A stretch of DNA of 63,217 bases from Escherichia coli (GTDB lineage Bacteria; Pseudomonadota; Gammaproteobacteria; Enterobacterales; Enterobacteriaceae). The notes under the pieces are model-generated. The model was not told the DNA's origin. It made no database searches and saw nothing but the letters and a program-made list of their open reading frames with translations. The translations under genes were made by a program, and so were the position numbers. The stretch lies in NCBI RefSeq assembly GCF_003334255.1, contig NZ_QOWU01000026.1. The stretch is one strand, 5' to 3'. Below are positions 13,984 to 26,384 of this stretch, piece by piece. Within the stretch, counting starts at the first letter, position 1. The number at the start of each line of letters is the position of its first letter.

Positions 13984-15681
13984 TCAAAGCAATAACGTAG
14001 CCTGTGAGGCGACTGGGGTGCGTTGGTTAGGAATGTAAAACGCAATTTCCGTCCCCGGCTCCAGGCGGCGGATATGCAGCCCCTCGCCATACAATAACTT
14101 CACGCGATGATGGACATTCAGCAGGCCAATTTTATTGCCCGGCATTTCATTCGCTTCGACCCGCTCAATCACCTTTGGATCGATGCCGTGCCCGGTATCT
14201 CGCACCGCAATGCGTACCCGATTTCCGCACTCTGCAACGCTGATGGTGACAACGCCTTTACCTTTGCAAGGCTGAATACCGTGGACAATGGCGTTCTCCA
14301 CCAACGGCTGGATCAGCAGGCTGGGAATGCAGCAATTCACCTCTTCATCAATATCATAGATAACCGTCAGCTTGTCACCAAAGCGGGCCTGCTCAATGGC
14401 AATATAGTCTTTAATTTGATACAGCTCTTTTTTGATATCGATTTGCTCATCGTCTTTTAATTCAATGTTATAGCGCAGATAACGCGACAGATTAAAGATC
14501 AACTGGCGAGCGGTATCCGGATTCAGACGGATTGACGATGAAATAGCGTTCAGAGCGTTAAACAGAAAATGGGGATTAATTTTGCTTTGCAGGGCGCGAA
14601 GCTCTGCCTTATTTGCCATTTCACGTAGCTGCTCGGCGCGTGAAACCTCCAGTTGCGTGGAGATGATTTGCGACAGACCGACCGCCATTTCCTGTAATGA
14701 CGAGGTGATCTGATGCGCGTGGCAGTAGTAAATTTTCAGCGTTCCGGTCACGACCCCTTTCTCCCACAATGGGATCACCAGCATGGAATGAATCTCTGGT
14801 GTGCGGTGGGCTTCATCATTGTTTTTAATGATGATTTTTCCGTAATTCATCGCCTGACGGGTAGTCGGGCTAATGAAGTCATCGCCATTCTGATAGTTAT
14901 GTTCACCCACGCCAACATAGGCCAGCACATGATCGGTATTAGTAATCGCCACCGCATCGGCGTGAATGTCATCGCGGATAATTTCGCAGACCTTGCGTAA
15001 TGACTCGCTATTGACATGGCGAAACAGCGGTAGCGTTTTGTTGGCGATATCCAGCGCCAGCTTGGCCTGCCGCGCGGCGCTGGCCTCTTTTTCGCCCTCA
15101 ACGCTTTGCACCAGAAGCACAATAAAGCCGATACAGACGCTACCGAGGATCATTGGAATGCCGATTTTAGAGACGATATCGATCCCCAACGCGGTAGTTG
15201 GTGCCCAGACAATTACCAGAATCATGGTCAACGTCTCACACAACATGCCGCCGAGAATACCGACGCGCCAGCGCTGTGCTTTGGGGATTTTCAGGTTGAT
15301 CCAGCCCGATATACAACCCGCCAGAATGCTGGTGATAAAGCAGGGGATCGCCGTCACGCCGCCGATATCAATTAAATACCGGTGAATACCCGCAATCACG
15401 CCGGTAATGATGCCTACCCACGGGCCAAACAGAATCCCGCCGGACATCACCGCGATAATACGTACGTTCACCAGCGAGCCTTCTACGGGAACGCCGGACC
15501 AGGTGCTGAACAGGGCGAACAGCGAGAAAATGGCGGTAACGGCGAGCAATTCTTTTGGGGAGTGCGCCGACTTGTGCAACAGTTCGCGAAACAGGCGGAT
15601 ACGGATGAGAAAGAACAGGCAGATAAGCATTAACGCTGCCCGATCGAAGACCGCCAGCAGCATGTTGAATATTTCGTGCAC
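13984..15681 (-). CDS. ypdA: LytS-type sensor histidine kinase YpdA
   Basis: 565 aa ORF, N-terminal 5TM LytS-like domain, GAF and His-kinase/ATPase C-terminus. Confidence 0.88.
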
Positions 15682-16056
15682 GGGTGACTCTGAATAAGGA
15701 TTAAACCTCTATGATAGGTAACCTGAAGGCTGATGACCAGCAGGCCGTTTTTGAGGAAAAACCACAATTTTAAAAGGGGATTGATAGATAAATGGTGTAT
15801 TAGCAATGCATCTCTTGATAATGCACTTCTGGTTAGTAAATTTATTGAAATTATTATGTTAATAAAATGAGTGGTAATTTTCTTGTTAGCGCAGATAAAT
15901 TTCCTGTTTTTAAAGCAGAGTTCCTCATTTAACGTCATTAATAAAATGTTCTAAAACGCTGGACAGACAGAAATTAATCAGGCTATTTTCAAAACAGCCA
16001 CCATCGTGGCAGCGTCGCTCGGACGGTCCGGGCGCTAACGTTAATCTGAGGAAATT

Positions 16057-17295
16057 ATGGCTGACACTCGCCCTGAACGTCGCTTTACGCGCATTGATCG
16101 TCTCCCGCCCTACGTTTTTAACATCACCGCTGAACTGAAAATGGCTGCGCGTCGGCGCGGCGAAGATATTATCGATTTCAGCATGGGTAACCCGGACGGT
16201 GCGACTCCGCCGCATATCGTCGAAAAATTATGTACTGTGGCCCAGCGCCCGGACACGCATGGTTACTCCACTTCACGCGGCATTCCGCGGTTACGTCGCG
16301 CCATTTCCCGCTGGTATCAGGATCGCTACGACGTTGAAATCGACCCGGAATCAGAAGCCATCGTCACTATTGGTTCGAAAGAGGGCCTGGCGCATCTGAT
16401 GCTGGCGACGCTGGATCATGGTGACACGGTGCTGGTGCCGAATCCAAGTTACCCGATCCATATTTATGGCGCGGTGATTGCCGGGGCGCAGGTACGCTCA
16501 GTGCCGCTGGTGGAAGGTGTCGATTTCTTCAACGAACTGGAGCGAGCCATTCGTGAAAGTTATCCGAAACCGAAGATGATGATCCTCGGCTTCCCGTCAA
16601 ACCCAACCGCGCAATGCGTGGAACTGGAGTTCTTCGAAAAAGTAGTGGCGCTGGCGAAACGCTACGATGTGCTGGTGGTCCATGACCTGGCCTATGCCGA
16701 TATCGTCTACGATGGCTGGAAAGCGCCGTCAATTATGCAGGTACCGGGTGCACGCGATGTGGCAGTCGAGTTCTTTACGCTGTCGAAAAGCTACAACATG
16801 GCGGGCTGGCGTATCGGCTTTATGGTTGGCAACAAAACGCTGGTCAGCGCCCTGGCTCGTATTAAAAGCTATCACGATTACGGCACCTTTACGCCGTTGC
16901 AGGTGGCGGCGATTGCGGCGCTGGAGGGCGATCAACAGTGCGTGCGCGACATTGCCGAACAGTACAAACGCCGCCGTGATGTATTGGTTAAAGGGCTGCA
17001 TGAAGCGGGCTGGATGGTTGAAATGCCGAAGGCTTCGATGTATGTCTGGGCGAAAATCCCGGAACCATATGCGGCCATGGGATCGCTGGAATTTGCCAAG
17101 AAGCTCCTTAACGAAGCGAAGGTTTGTGTCTCGCCGGGGATTGGCTTTGGCGACTATGGTGATACGCATGTTCGCTTTGCACTGATTGAAAACCGCGACC
17201 GTATTCGTCAGGCCATCAGAGGGATTAAAGCGATGTTCCGTGCCGACGGTTTACTACCCGCCAGCAGCAAACATATTCACGAAAACGCGGAATAA
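16057..17295 (+). CDS. alaC: Glutamate-pyruvate aminotransferase AlaC
   Basis: 412 aa ORF, PLP aminotransferase class I fold (..[14 protein letters not shown]..). Confidence 0.9.
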   Translation: MADTRPERRFTRIDRLPPYVFNITAELKMAARRRGEDIIDFSMGNPDGATPPHIVEKLCTVAQRPDTHGYSTSRGIPRLRRAISRWYQDRYDVEIDPESEAIVTIGSKEGLAHLMLATLDHGDTVLVPNPSYPIHIYGAVIAGAQVRSVPLVEGVDFFNELERAIRESYPKPKMMILGFPSNPTAQCVELEFFEKVVALAKRYDVLVVHDLAYADIVYDGWKAPSIMQVPGARDVAVEFFTLSKSYNMAGWRIGFMVGNKTLVSALARIKSYHDYGTFTPLQVAAIAALEGDQQCVRDIAEQYKRRRDVLVKGLHEAGWMVEMPKASMYVWAKIPEPYAAMGSLEFAKKLLNEAKVCVSPGIGFGDYGDTHVRFALIENRDRIRQAIRGIKAMFRADGLLPASSKHIHENAE

Positions 17296-17359
17296 ACACC
17301 GTCGTCAGAAATGCAAACAGGAGCCTGATGGCTCCTGTTTTTCATTGCACAGTTTGCTT

Positions 17360-17431
17360 TTAGATCATCAGGGCAAAAGTACCGGCCCAAACGATGACCA
17401 TAAAAGAAATGCCCATAAAGAAATATTTCAC
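17360..17431 (-). CDS. ypdK: Small membrane protein YpdK (23 aa)
   Basis: Minus-strand GTG-initiated ORF encoding (M)KYFFMGISFMVIVWAGTFALMI; below the 60-aa cutoff of the ORF track, read by hand. Confidence 0.7.
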   Translation of the reverse strand: MKYFFMGISFMVIVWAGTFALMI

Positions 17432-17786
17432 TTTACATCTCTCCGCGTAATTACTGTTACGCCTGAATGACTTCATTACACCTGATACAGTGAGTTGACA
17501 CCGGGCAAAGCGACCTTAAAAGCCCTGTATTTTACCGTGGGCATCACCCCAGAATTCTGAGCTAAACTGCTCGAGACGGCGCTAATGTACGCCTAAAACT
17601 GAAACGAGACAAGAGGCATTTTCTTATTTACTTTTAGTAACTTACAAGTGTCTCATATCGGCGACAGTTTAATTTCTGACGGTAATAATTAGATATTCAG
17701 CGAAGGAAAAAACCTTAAGAAAAAAGCCATAAAAACCATGAGGTTATTATGGCCGATTTGAGGAGGGAAAGAGTAAGAGCAGTTTG

Positions 17787-18707
17787 TTAAATGTACAACG
17801 ACGATTCTCCCACCGGGCGCGTTTTAAAGCGACGGTGGATCCAGAGGTACTGCTCCGGTGCGCGCATGATCTCTTTCTCGATAATCTTGTTCATATAGGC
17901 AGCGGCTTGATTTTCATCTGTCGGGTAGCCTTCCATCTCTGGGGTGATGAACAAACGATATCCGCTGTAATCCGCTTTTCTTACCATCGTTACGGTCAAC
18001 ATGGCTGCGCCAGAGAGACGGGAGAGAACATAGGTGCCATTGGTTGTGGCGACATTTTCCACCGCAAAGAACGGCGCGAAGGAGCTGCCTTTACGACCAT
18101 AATCCTGATCGGGAGCAAACCATACCGCTTCACCTTTCTTCAGTGCACCGACAATGCCGCGCAGATTATTTCTGCCGATCATCGCTTTGTTAGAGCGCAT
18201 GCGCCCACGGGTCTGCACCCATTCCATCAGCTGATTATTATGTGGACGATAGGTAGCCATCATTGGTTGGCACAGTCCCATCACGCGGCCGCCCAGTTCC
18301 AGCGACATAAAATGGACGCCGACAACCATTACGCCGCGATTTTGCATTTGTGCGCGTTTAAGGTTATCCAACCCTTCAACATCAAACCATTTACGTACGC
18401 GACTGTCGGGCCAGAACCATGCCATGCCGGTTTCTACCAGCGCCATGCCGAGTGAACGAAAGTTTTCGGCAATCATCTTCTCGCGTTCTTCCGCAGAATG
18501 CTGCGGGAAACAAAGTTCCAGGTTTTTACGGGCGATAGATTCACGACGTTTCAGGAATGGTCGCGCCATTGCGCCAATACGCGTGCCGAGAAAGCAGAGA
18601 ACAGGATAAGGAAGCTGTACCCAAAGCCAGAGTACACCAAGCCCAAACCATGTGAGCCAGTAGCGAGGATGTAGAAACTCGCGGGAAAATTTGCATTGTG
18701 GAAACAT
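17787..18707 (-). CDS. lpxP: Lipid A palmitoleoyltransferase LpxP
   Basis: ORF 17787..18773; start taken at MFPQCKFSREFLHPRYWLTWFG (306 aa), lauroyl/palmitoleoyl acyltransferase family. Confidence 0.88.
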   Translation of the reverse strand: MFPQCKFSREFLHPRYWLTWFGLGVLWLWVQLPYPVLCFLGTRIGAMARPFLKRRESIARKNLELCFPQHSAEEREKMIAENFRSLGMALVETGMAWFWPDSRVRKWFDVEGLDNLKRAQMQNRGVMVVGVHFMSLELGGRVMGLCQPMMATYRPHNNQLMEWVQTRGRMRSNKAMIGRNNLRGIVGALKKGEAVWFAPDQDYGRKGSSFAPFFAVENVATTNGTYVLSRLSGAAMLTVTMVRKADYSGYRLFITPEMEGYPTDENQAAAYMNKIIEKEIMRAPEQYLWIHRRFKTRPVGESSLYI

Positions 18708-19059
18708 AGTTACCTTCTGTAGATACGAATTGTTGTATCGCAGAAGATTCCATGTCGACAGCGGTACACTCAATTGGTTGGGCCATCATGTACGACAATG
18801 GTTCCTGTAAAGAGTGTAAAGACTAGTCAGGACATAACCACGAGGAGCATGAATGCGGTATCTGTACTTTATCACTCGCTGACTGCTTTCAGCTACTGAT
18901 TATTAATCGTGCAAAGTAAATATTTTTCCGTACACAACAGTCTTGCATTTAACATGCTGTTTTCATTGATGCTTAGCAAAAATTGCCAGAGGTTAAGGAT
19001 TGTCTTACTATTAAAGTGACTGAAGTTACAGGTTTTTTAGCGCGGCAGGAGGTTGAGCT

Positions 19060-19302
19060 ATGATTAATTTATGGATGTTTCTCGCCCTGTGTATTGTCTG
19101 CGTAAGCGGCTACATCGGTCAGGTACTGAACGTGGTATCGGCGGTCTCTTCTTTCTTCGGCATGGTGATCCTCGCTGCACTCATTTATTACTTCACCATG
19201 TGGTTAACTGGCGGTAATGAACTAGTGACGGGGATATTTATGTTTCTTGCCCCGGCTTGTGGCTTGATGATTCGCTTTATGGTGGGGTATGGCAGGCGGT
19301 AG
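19060..19302 (+). CDS. yfdY: Small inner-membrane protein YfdY
   Basis: 80 aa two-TM ORF MINLWMFLALCIVCVSGYIGQ... Confidence 0.75.
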   Translation: MINLWMFLALCIVCVSGYIGQVLNVVSAVSSFFGMVILAALIYYFTMWLTGGNELVTGIFMFLAPACGLMIRFMVGYGRR

Positions 19303-19378
19303 TGGGTCAGGATGGCTCATTTGGGCAGGTGTTCACATCAGCATCAGACATGATTGTTCACCTGCCATGTGAAAGACG

Positions 19379-19654
19379 CTATCGCACAGGATGAATAAGA
19401 TAATTCGCCTTTGTCGGAAAAGGGGGCGGCATTTCTTCTGTGAGGTTTAATGGTGGCGCATCTTCTCTCATCTTAAACAAAATCGCCTGTGATGGCTGAA
19501 GTTTTGTAGAGTGTGTGGTCGTCATCGCTGATGTTTTTTCAGTCTCTTTATAGCTCCTCTCACTTCCACCACCCGAAATGGAAAATGCAAAAACATTGCA
19601 TGCCATAATAGAGACCAATAAAAATAAGCTGAAAAGTATTAAGTTTACTTTCAT
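19379..19654 (-). CDS. ypdI: Small secreted/lipoprotein YpdI
   Basis: 91 aa ORF with N-terminal signal sequence MKVNLILFSLFLLVSIMACNVFA. Confidence 0.7.
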   Translation of the reverse strand: MKVNLILFSLFLLVSIMACNVFAFSISGGGSERSYKETEKTSAMTTTHSTKLQPSQAILFKMREDAPPLNLTEEMPPPFPTKANYLIHPVR

Positions 19655-19949
19655 AGAAAGTTATCCTGAAAATGGTTCACTGAGAACCTACGATGTTATG
19701 GCTGTATTTACATTTAATTAATCAGTATTTACATCGATATAATAAATGACATCTCTTTGTGGTATATAAGAATAGTTCTCTGCGACAGGAAGCATATTCC
19801 TACAATTGTAAGACTAAAATACTTCTTGCGATAATAACTACAACTGTAAGATAACCCTTTCAAAATGACCGTTGCTCTCTGATTTCTCATTTCATGCTCA
19901 CCCAATATGATGGCGGCGTTTTCTAAAACTGTTAAAGAATGAGGTAAGT

Positions 19950-20585
19950 ATGAAACGTTTAATTATGGCCACGATGGTCACAGCAATTCTGGCATCTTCA
20001 ACTGTATGGGCTGCTGATAATGCTCCGGTAGCGGCACAACAGCAAACTCAGCAAGTTCAGCAAACCCAGAAAACGGCAGCGGCAGCAGAGCGTATCTCTG
20101 AACAAGGTTTATATGCGATGCGTGACGTGCAGGTAGCGCGCCTGGCTCTGTTTCATGGCGATCCAGAAAAGGCAAAAGAACTGACCAATGAAGCTTCCGC
20201 TTTGCTGTCAGATGACAGTACCGAATGGGCAAAGTTCGCTAAGCCAGGTAAAAAGACCAATCTCAATGATGACCAATATATTGTCATTAATGCATCTGTC
20301 GGAATTTCTGAGAGTTATGTAGCAACTCCCGAAAAAGAAGCCGCGATAAAAATTGCCAATGAAAAAATGGCGAAAGGGGATAAAAAGGGCGCAATGGAAG
20401 AGCTTCGCCTGGCCGGTGTTGGCGTAATGGAAAACCAATATCTGATGCCACTTAAACAGACTCGTAATGCACTTGCTGATGCGCAGAAACTGCTTGATAA
20501 AAAGCAATACTACGAGGCAAACCTGGCGCTTAAAGGTGCGGAAGATGGAATCATCGTCGATAGCGAAGCACTGTTTGTGAACTAA
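19950..20585 (+). CDS. yfdX: Periplasmic protein YfdX
   Basis: 211 aa ORF with signal peptide [21 protein letters not shown] and Gln-rich stretch. Confidence 0.85.
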   Translation: MKRLIMATMVTAILASSTVWAADNAPVAAQQQTQQVQQTQKTAAAAERISEQGLYAMRDVQVARLALFHGDPEKAKELTNEASALLSDDSTEWAKFAKPGKKTNLNDDQYIVINASVGISESYVATPEKEAAIKIANEKMAKGDKKGAMEELRLAGVGVMENQYLMPLKQTRNALADAQKLLDKKQYYEANLALKGAEDGIIVDSEALFVN

Positions 20586-20639
20586 TGCTGACAGGCAGTA
20601 TATTGAGGTAAAGGATTTAACTCCCTCCAGCCGACAATT

Positions 20640-20676
20640 TTTTATGACCACAATACGACAGGTTGTGGTCATAAAA
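20640..20676 (+). terminator. Hairpin downstream of yfdX (14-bp perfect inverted repeat)
   Basis: TTTTATGACCACAA-tacgacagg-TTGTGGTCATAAAA followed by T-rich sequence. Confidence 0.45.
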
Positions 20677-21097
20677 TTATTTGGCGCTCGCGGTGCTATA
20701 AACTCGCATTTTATATTCCTCAAAGTAAACCGCAATAATCCCGTGTCATCACAAATCATTTATTATGTTATGTTTTATGGTACGCTTTAAAAAGCGTAAT
20801 CATACCCTTGCTTGTAAATCACCGGCGCTTCTTACAGTTGTAAGAATAACATCACAAATGTCGCGACTCTCTCTGATTACCACGAATCAATATTTATCAT
20901 ATTCTTCTTTTCGTCCTCACTACTTACCATGCAGAAAGGAATTGGAAGTGGCGATGAAATGATTTTCAGCACTTGATACAGGATTTTAAAAATATCGAGT
21001 GCAGCTACGACGATATTTTGCGGGTTATTTATAGAAGATATTACGCCTTAAATAAACGCTAAATTAACACATATTTAATTAACTAATAGGTATTGCT

Positions 21098-22348
21098 ATG
21101 TCAACTCCACTTCAAGGAATTAAAGTTCTCGATTTCACCGGTGTGCAATCTGGCCCATCTTGTACTCAAATGCTGGCCTGGTTTGGCGCTGACGTTATTA
21201 AAATTGAACGTCCCGGCGTTGGTGACGTAACGCGTCACCAGCTGCGAGATATTCCTGATATCGATGCGCTTTACTTCACCATGCTTAACAGTAACAAACG
21301 TTCTATTGAGTTAAATACCAAAACAGCGGAAGGCAAAGAGGTAATGGAAAAGCTGATCCGCGAAGCTGATATCTTAGTCGAGAACTTTCATCCAGGGGCC
21401 ATTGATCACATGGGCTTCACCTGGGAGCATATTCAAGAAATCAATCCACGTCTGATTTTTGGTTCGATCAAAGGGTTTGATGAGTGTTCGCCTTATGTGA
21501 ATGTAAAAGCCTATGAAAACGTTGCTCAGGCAGCGGGTGGCGCGGCATCCACTACGGGTTTTTGGGATGGTCCGCCGCTGGTAAGCGCTGCAGCGTTGGG
21601 TGACAGCAACACCGGAATGCATTTGCTGATCGGTTTACTTGCTGCTTTGCTGCATCGCGAAAAAACGGGGCGTGGGCAACGAGTCACCATGTCAATGCAG
21701 GATGCCGTATTGAACCTTTGCCGCGTGAAATTACGTGACCAGCAGCGTCTCGATAAATTGGGTTATCTGGAAGAATACCCGCAGTATCCGAATGGTACAT
21801 TTGGTGATGCAGTTCCCCGCGGTGGTAATGCAGGTGGTGGCGGTCAGCCTGGCTGGATCCTGAAATGTAAAGGCTGGGAAACCGATCCTAACGCCTATAT
21901 TTATTTCACTATTCAGGAGCAAAACTGGGAAAACACCTGTAAAGCCATCGGCAAACCAGAATGGATTACCGATCCGGCATACAGTACAGCCCATGCACGA
22001 CAGCCACATATTTTCGATATTTTTGCTGAAATCGAAAAATACACTGTCACTATTGATAAACATGAAGCGGTGGCCTATTTGACTCAGTTTGATATTCCTT
22101 GTGCACCGGTTTTAAGTATGAAAGAAATTTCACTTGATCCCTCTTTGCGCCAAAGTGGCAGTGTTGTTGAAGTGGAACAACCGTTGCGTGGAAAATATCT
22201 GACCGTTGGTTGTCCAATGAAATTCTCTGCCTTTACGCCGGATATTAAAGCTGCGCCGCTATTAGGTGAACATACCGCTGCTGTATTGCAGGAGCTGGGT
22301 TATAGCGACGATGAAATTGCTGCAATGAAGCAAAACCACGCCATCTGA
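21098..22348 (+). CDS. frc: Formyl-CoA:oxalate CoA-transferase
   Basis: 416 aa ORF, family III CoA-transferase ([40 protein letters not shown]...). Confidence 0.92.
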
Positions 22349-22401
22349 TATTAACGGGGGCTTCTGGCTCCCAATTTATAAAAATTTCGAGGTTATTAAT
22401 C

Positions 22402-24096
22402 ATGTCAGATCAACTTCAAATGACAGATGGTATGCATATCATCGTTGAAGCATTAAAACAGAATAATATTGACACTATTTATGGTGTTGTAGGTATTCCT
22501 GTGACGGATATGGCACGCCATGCCCAGGCGGAAGGCATTCGTTATATTGGTTTTCGTCATGAGCAGTCGGCAGGCTATGCCGCTGCGGCAAGCGGTTTTC
22601 TTACCCAAAAACCGGGGATCTGCCTGACAGTTTCTGCGCCAGGATTCCTCAATGGTTTGACCGCATTGGCCAACGCAACGGTAAATGGTTTTCCGATGAT
22701 CATGATTAGCGGCTCCAGCGACCGCGCGATCGTCGACCTACAGCAAGGTGATTATGAAGAGCTGGACCAAATGAATGCGGCAAAACCGTATGCCAAAGCA
22801 GCATTTCGCGTTAATCAGCCGCAGGATCTTGGCATTGCATTGGCACGCGCTATCCGGGTCTCTGTATCGGGTCGCCCTGGCGGAGTTTATCTTGATTTGC
22901 CAGCAAATGTCCTGGCCGCGACGATGGAAAAAGACGAAGCGTTAACCACGATTGTTAAAGTTGAAAATCCGTCGCCAGCATTATTGCCATGCCCGAAGTC
23001 AGTCACTAGCGCAATTTCGCTTTTAGCAAAAGCTGAACGGCCATTAATTATCCTTGGCAAAGGCGCGGCGTATTCACAAGCTGATGAACAGCTTCGTGAA
23101 TTTATTGAAAGTGCTCAGATTCCATTCCTGCCAATGTCTATGGCGAAAGGGATCCTTGAAGATACGCATCCACTTTCTGCGGCAGCTGCGCGTTCGTTTG
23201 CCCTGGCAAATGCTGACGTTGTCATGCTTGTTGGTGCACGACTGAATTGGTTATTGGCACACGGTAAAAAAGGATGGGCGGCAGATACACAGTTTATTCA
23301 ACTGGATATTGAACCGCAGGAAATTGACAGCAACCGCCCCATTGCTGTGCCAGTCGTTGGTGATATTGCATCCAGTATGCAAGGTATGCTGGCAGAACTG
23401 AAACAAAACACATTTACGACTCCACTGGTATGGCGCGATATTTTAAATATCCACAAGCAGCAAAATGCACAAAAAATGCATGAAAAATTAAGTACAGATA
23501 CTCAACCATTAAATTACTTTAATGCATTAAGTGCTGTGCGCGACGTATTGCGCGAGAACCAGGATATTTATTTAGTTAATGAAGGTGCAAATACCCTGGA
23601 TAATGCACGAAATATTATTGATATGTATAAACCACGTCGTCGTCTGGATTGTGGTACCTGGGGTGTCATGGGCATCGGTATGGGCTATGCCATCGGTGCT
23701 AGCGTGACTTCTGGTTCTCCGGTTGTCGCCATTGAAGGTGATAGTGCTTTTGGTTTCAGTGGGATGGAAATTGAAACGATTTGTCGATATAACCTGCCGG
23801 TGACGATCGTTATTTTTAATAATGGCGGCATCTACAGAGGAGACGGTGTTGATCTCAGTGGCGCTGGTGCACCATCACCAACGGATCTGTTGCACCATGC
23901 AAGGTATGACAAATTAATGGATGCGTTTCGTGGCGTTGGCTATAACGTCACCACGACAGATGAACTTCGTCATGCTTTAACCACCGGTATTCAGTCGCGC
24001 AAACCGACCATTATTAATGTGGTCATCGACCCTGCAGCAGGAACTGAAAGTGGCCATATTACCAAACTTAACCCAAAACAAGTCGCTGGTAATTAA
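22402..24096 (+). CDS. oxc: Oxalyl-CoA decarboxylase (ThDP-dependent)
   Basis: 564 aa ORF with thiamine-diphosphate enzyme motifs (..GDSAFGFSGMEIET..). Confidence 0.92.
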   Translation: MSDQLQMTDGMHIIVEALKQNNIDTIYGVVGIPVTDMARHAQAEGIRYIGFRHEQSAGYAAAASGFLTQKPGICLTVSAPGFLNGLTALANATVNGFPMIMISGSSDRAIVDLQQGDYEELDQMNAAKPYAKAAFRVNQPQDLGIALARAIRVSVSGRPGGVYLDLPANVLAATMEKDEALTTIVKVENPSPALLPCPKSVTSAISLLAKAERPLIILGKGAAYSQADEQLREFIESAQIPFLPMSMAKGILEDTHPLSAAAARSFALANADVVMLVGARLNWLLAHGKKGWAADTQFIQLDIEPQEIDSNRPIAVPVVGDIASSMQGMLAELKQNTFTTPLVWRDILNIHKQQNAQKMHEKLSTDTQPLNYFNALSAVRDVLRENQDIYLVNEGANTLDNARNIIDMYKPRRRLDCGTWGVMGIGMGYAIGASVTSGSPVVAIEGDSAFGFSGMEIETICRYNLPVTIVIFNNGGIYRGDGVDLSGAGAPSPTDLLHHARYDKLMDAFRGVGYNVTTTDELRHALTTGIQSRKPTIINVVIDPAAGTESGHITKLNPKQVAGN

Positions 24097-24165
24097 ATAC
24101 TGACATCGTCTCCTCTTGCCAACTCATTATGCGATGGTGAGGGGACCCTTATCGGAAATACTATT

Positions 24166-25110
24166 ATGCTAACATTTTTTATTGGCGATTTATTGCCTAT
24201 TATCGTAATCATGCTGTTGGGTTATTTTAGCGGCAGACGAGAAACATTTTCAGAAGATCAAGCTCGGGCATTTAATAAACTGGTATTAAACTACGCGCTT
24301 CCTGCGGCTCTATTTGTATCTATTACTCGGGCAAACAGGGAAATGATTTTTGCGGACACTCGTCTGACCCTTGTATCACTTGTGGTTATTGTCGGATGTT
24401 TCTTTTTCTCCTGGTTCGGTTGCTACAAATTTTTTAAACGTACCCATGCAGAAGCAGCTGTATGTGCATTAATTGCAGGTTCACCTACCATTGGATTCCT
24501 GGGGTTTGCAGTTCTCGATCCTATTTATGGTGATTCCGTATCAACAGGTTTAGTGGTAGCAATTATTTCTATTATTGTTAACGCAATTACTATTCCTATT
24601 GGTCTGTATTTGCTGAATCCTTCTTCAGGAGCGGATGGTAAGAAGAATAGTAATCTGAGCGCATTAAATTCTGCGGCAAAGGAGCCAGTAGTATGGGCAC
24701 CTGTTCTGGCAACGATCCTGGTGTTGGTTGGGGTAAAAATTCCGGCAGCATGGGACCCAACCTTTAATCTGATTGCGAAGGCTAACTCAGGGGTAGCGGT
24801 ATTCGCTGCGGGGTTGACTCTGGCTGCACATAAATTCGAGTTCAGTGCCGAAATTGCTTATAACACCTTCCTGAAGCTGATTCTGATGCCACTGGCACTG
24901 CTTCTCGTTGGTATGGCATGTCATTTGAACAGCGAACATCTGCAGATGATGGTACTGGCAGGCGCATTACCGCCGGCATTCTCCGGAATCATTATTGCCA
25001 GCCGGTTTAATGTCTACACCCGTACTGGTACAGCGTCATTGGCTGTGAGCGTACTGGGCTTTGTCGTCACGGCTCCCTTGTGGATTTATGTCAGTCGACT
25101 GGTTTCATAA
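24166..25110 (+). CDS. yfdV: AEC-family transporter YfdV
   Basis: 314 aa polytopic membrane ORF between oxc and yfdE. Confidence 0.85.
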   Translation: MLTFFIGDLLPIIVIMLLGYFSGRRETFSEDQARAFNKLVLNYALPAALFVSITRANREMIFADTRLTLVSLVVIVGCFFFSWFGCYKFFKRTHAEAAVCALIAGSPTIGFLGFAVLDPIYGDSVSTGLVVAIISIIVNAITIPIGLYLLNPSSGADGKKNSNLSALNSAAKEPVVWAPVLATILVLVGVKIPAAWDPTFNLIAKANSGVAVFAAGLTLAAHKFEFSAEIAYNTFLKLILMPLALLLVGMACHLNSEHLQMMVLAGALPPAFSGIIIASRFNVYTRTGTASLAVSVLGFVVTAPLWIYVSRLVS

Positions 25111-25183
25111 TTAATCATGTTATTGATTTTACATAAATGCCGAAGTGTCTTTTCACCTTCGGCTTTTTTCAAGGCATAAGCAA

Positions 25184-26329
25184 ATGACAAATAATGAAAG
25201 CAAAGGGCCGTTTGAAGGCTTATTAGTTATCGATATGACACATGTCCTTAATGGACCTTTCGGAACTCAACTTCTTTGTAATATGGGCGCAAGGGTAATT
25301 AAAGTTGAGCCGCCGGGTCATGGTGATGATACCCGCACATTTGGTCCCTATGTGGATGGACAGTCACTCTATTACAGTTTTATTAATCATGGCAAAGAGA
25401 GTGTGGTTCTTGATTTAAAGAATGATCACGATAAAAGTATATTTATAAATATGCTCAAACAAGCTGATGTATTAGCTGAGAATTTTCGCCCAGGTACAAT
25501 GGAAAAACTGGGGTTTTCATGGGAAACGCTTCAAGAAATCAACCCGCGCCTCATATATGCTTCATCGTCAGGTTTCGGACATACCGGTCCGCTAAAAGAT
25601 GCTCCTGCCTACGATACCATCATTCAGGCAATGAGCGGGATAATGATGGAAACAGGATATCCTGATGCTCCGCCAGTGCGCGTTGGTACATCTCTTGCGG
25701 ATCTATGCGGCGGTGTCTATTTATTCAGCGGAATAGTGAGTGCACTTTATGGCCGCGAAAAGAGCCAGAGAGGGGCGCATGTCGATATAGCGATGTTTGA
25801 TGCCACGCTGAGTTTTCTGGAGCATGGTCTGATGGCATATATCGCAACTGGGAAGTCACCACAACGTCTGGGAAATCGCCATCCCTACATGGCACCTTTT
25901 GATGTTTTCAATACTCAGGATAAGCCGATTACGATTTGTTGTGGTAATGACAAGCTTTTTTCTGCGTTATGCCAGGCACTGGAGCTTACGGAACTGGTTA
26001 ATGATCCCCGATTTAGCAGCAATATTTTACGCGTACAAAACCAGGCTATTCTTAAACAATATATTGAGCGGACGTTAAAAACGCAGGCAGCTGAAGTTTG
26101 GTTAGCCAGAATACATGAAGTTGGTGTACCCGTCGCGCCGTTATTAAGTGTGGCTGAGGCCATTAAATTGCCACAAACTCAGGCGAGAAATATGTTGATT
26201 GAAGCCGGGGGAATAATGATGCCGGGTAATCCGATAAAAATCAGCGGCTGCGCGGACCCGCATGTTATGCCGGGAGCGGCAACGCTCGACCAGCATGGGG
26301 AACAAATTCGCCAGGAGTTCTCATCATAA
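25184..26329 (+). CDS. yfdE: Acetyl-CoA:oxalate CoA-transferase YfdE
   Basis: ORF 25145..26329; start taken at MTNNESKGPFEGLLVIDMTHVLNGPFG (381 aa), family III CoA-transferase. Confidence 0.88.
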   Translation: MTNNESKGPFEGLLVIDMTHVLNGPFGTQLLCNMGARVIKVEPPGHGDDTRTFGPYVDGQSLYYSFINHGKESVVLDLKNDHDKSIFINMLKQADVLAENFRPGTMEKLGFSWETLQEINPRLIYASSSGFGHTGPLKDAPAYDTIIQAMSGIMMETGYPDAPPVRVGTSLADLCGGVYLFSGIVSALYGREKSQRGAHVDIAMFDATLSFLEHGLMAYIATGKSPQRLGNRHPYMAPFDVFNTQDKPITICCGNDKLFSALCQALELTELVNDPRFSSNILRVQNQAILKQYIERTLKTQAAEVWLARIHEVGVPVAPLLSVAEAIKLPQTQARNMLIEAGGIMMPGNPIKISGCADPHVMPGAATLDQHGEQIRQEFSS

Positions 26330-26384
26330 ATGTAAGATGTGCTGGTAAATAGCTCCCACATTTGAACATTGTGGGAGCCGCTAT

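Noticed and set aside
17784-18455. 223-aa + strand ORF overlapping lpxP; similar antisense ORFs inside glk, ypdE, fryA, alaC and evgS
   Set aside because: All lie within and antisense to recognisable conserved genes and have no start context; treated as spurious.
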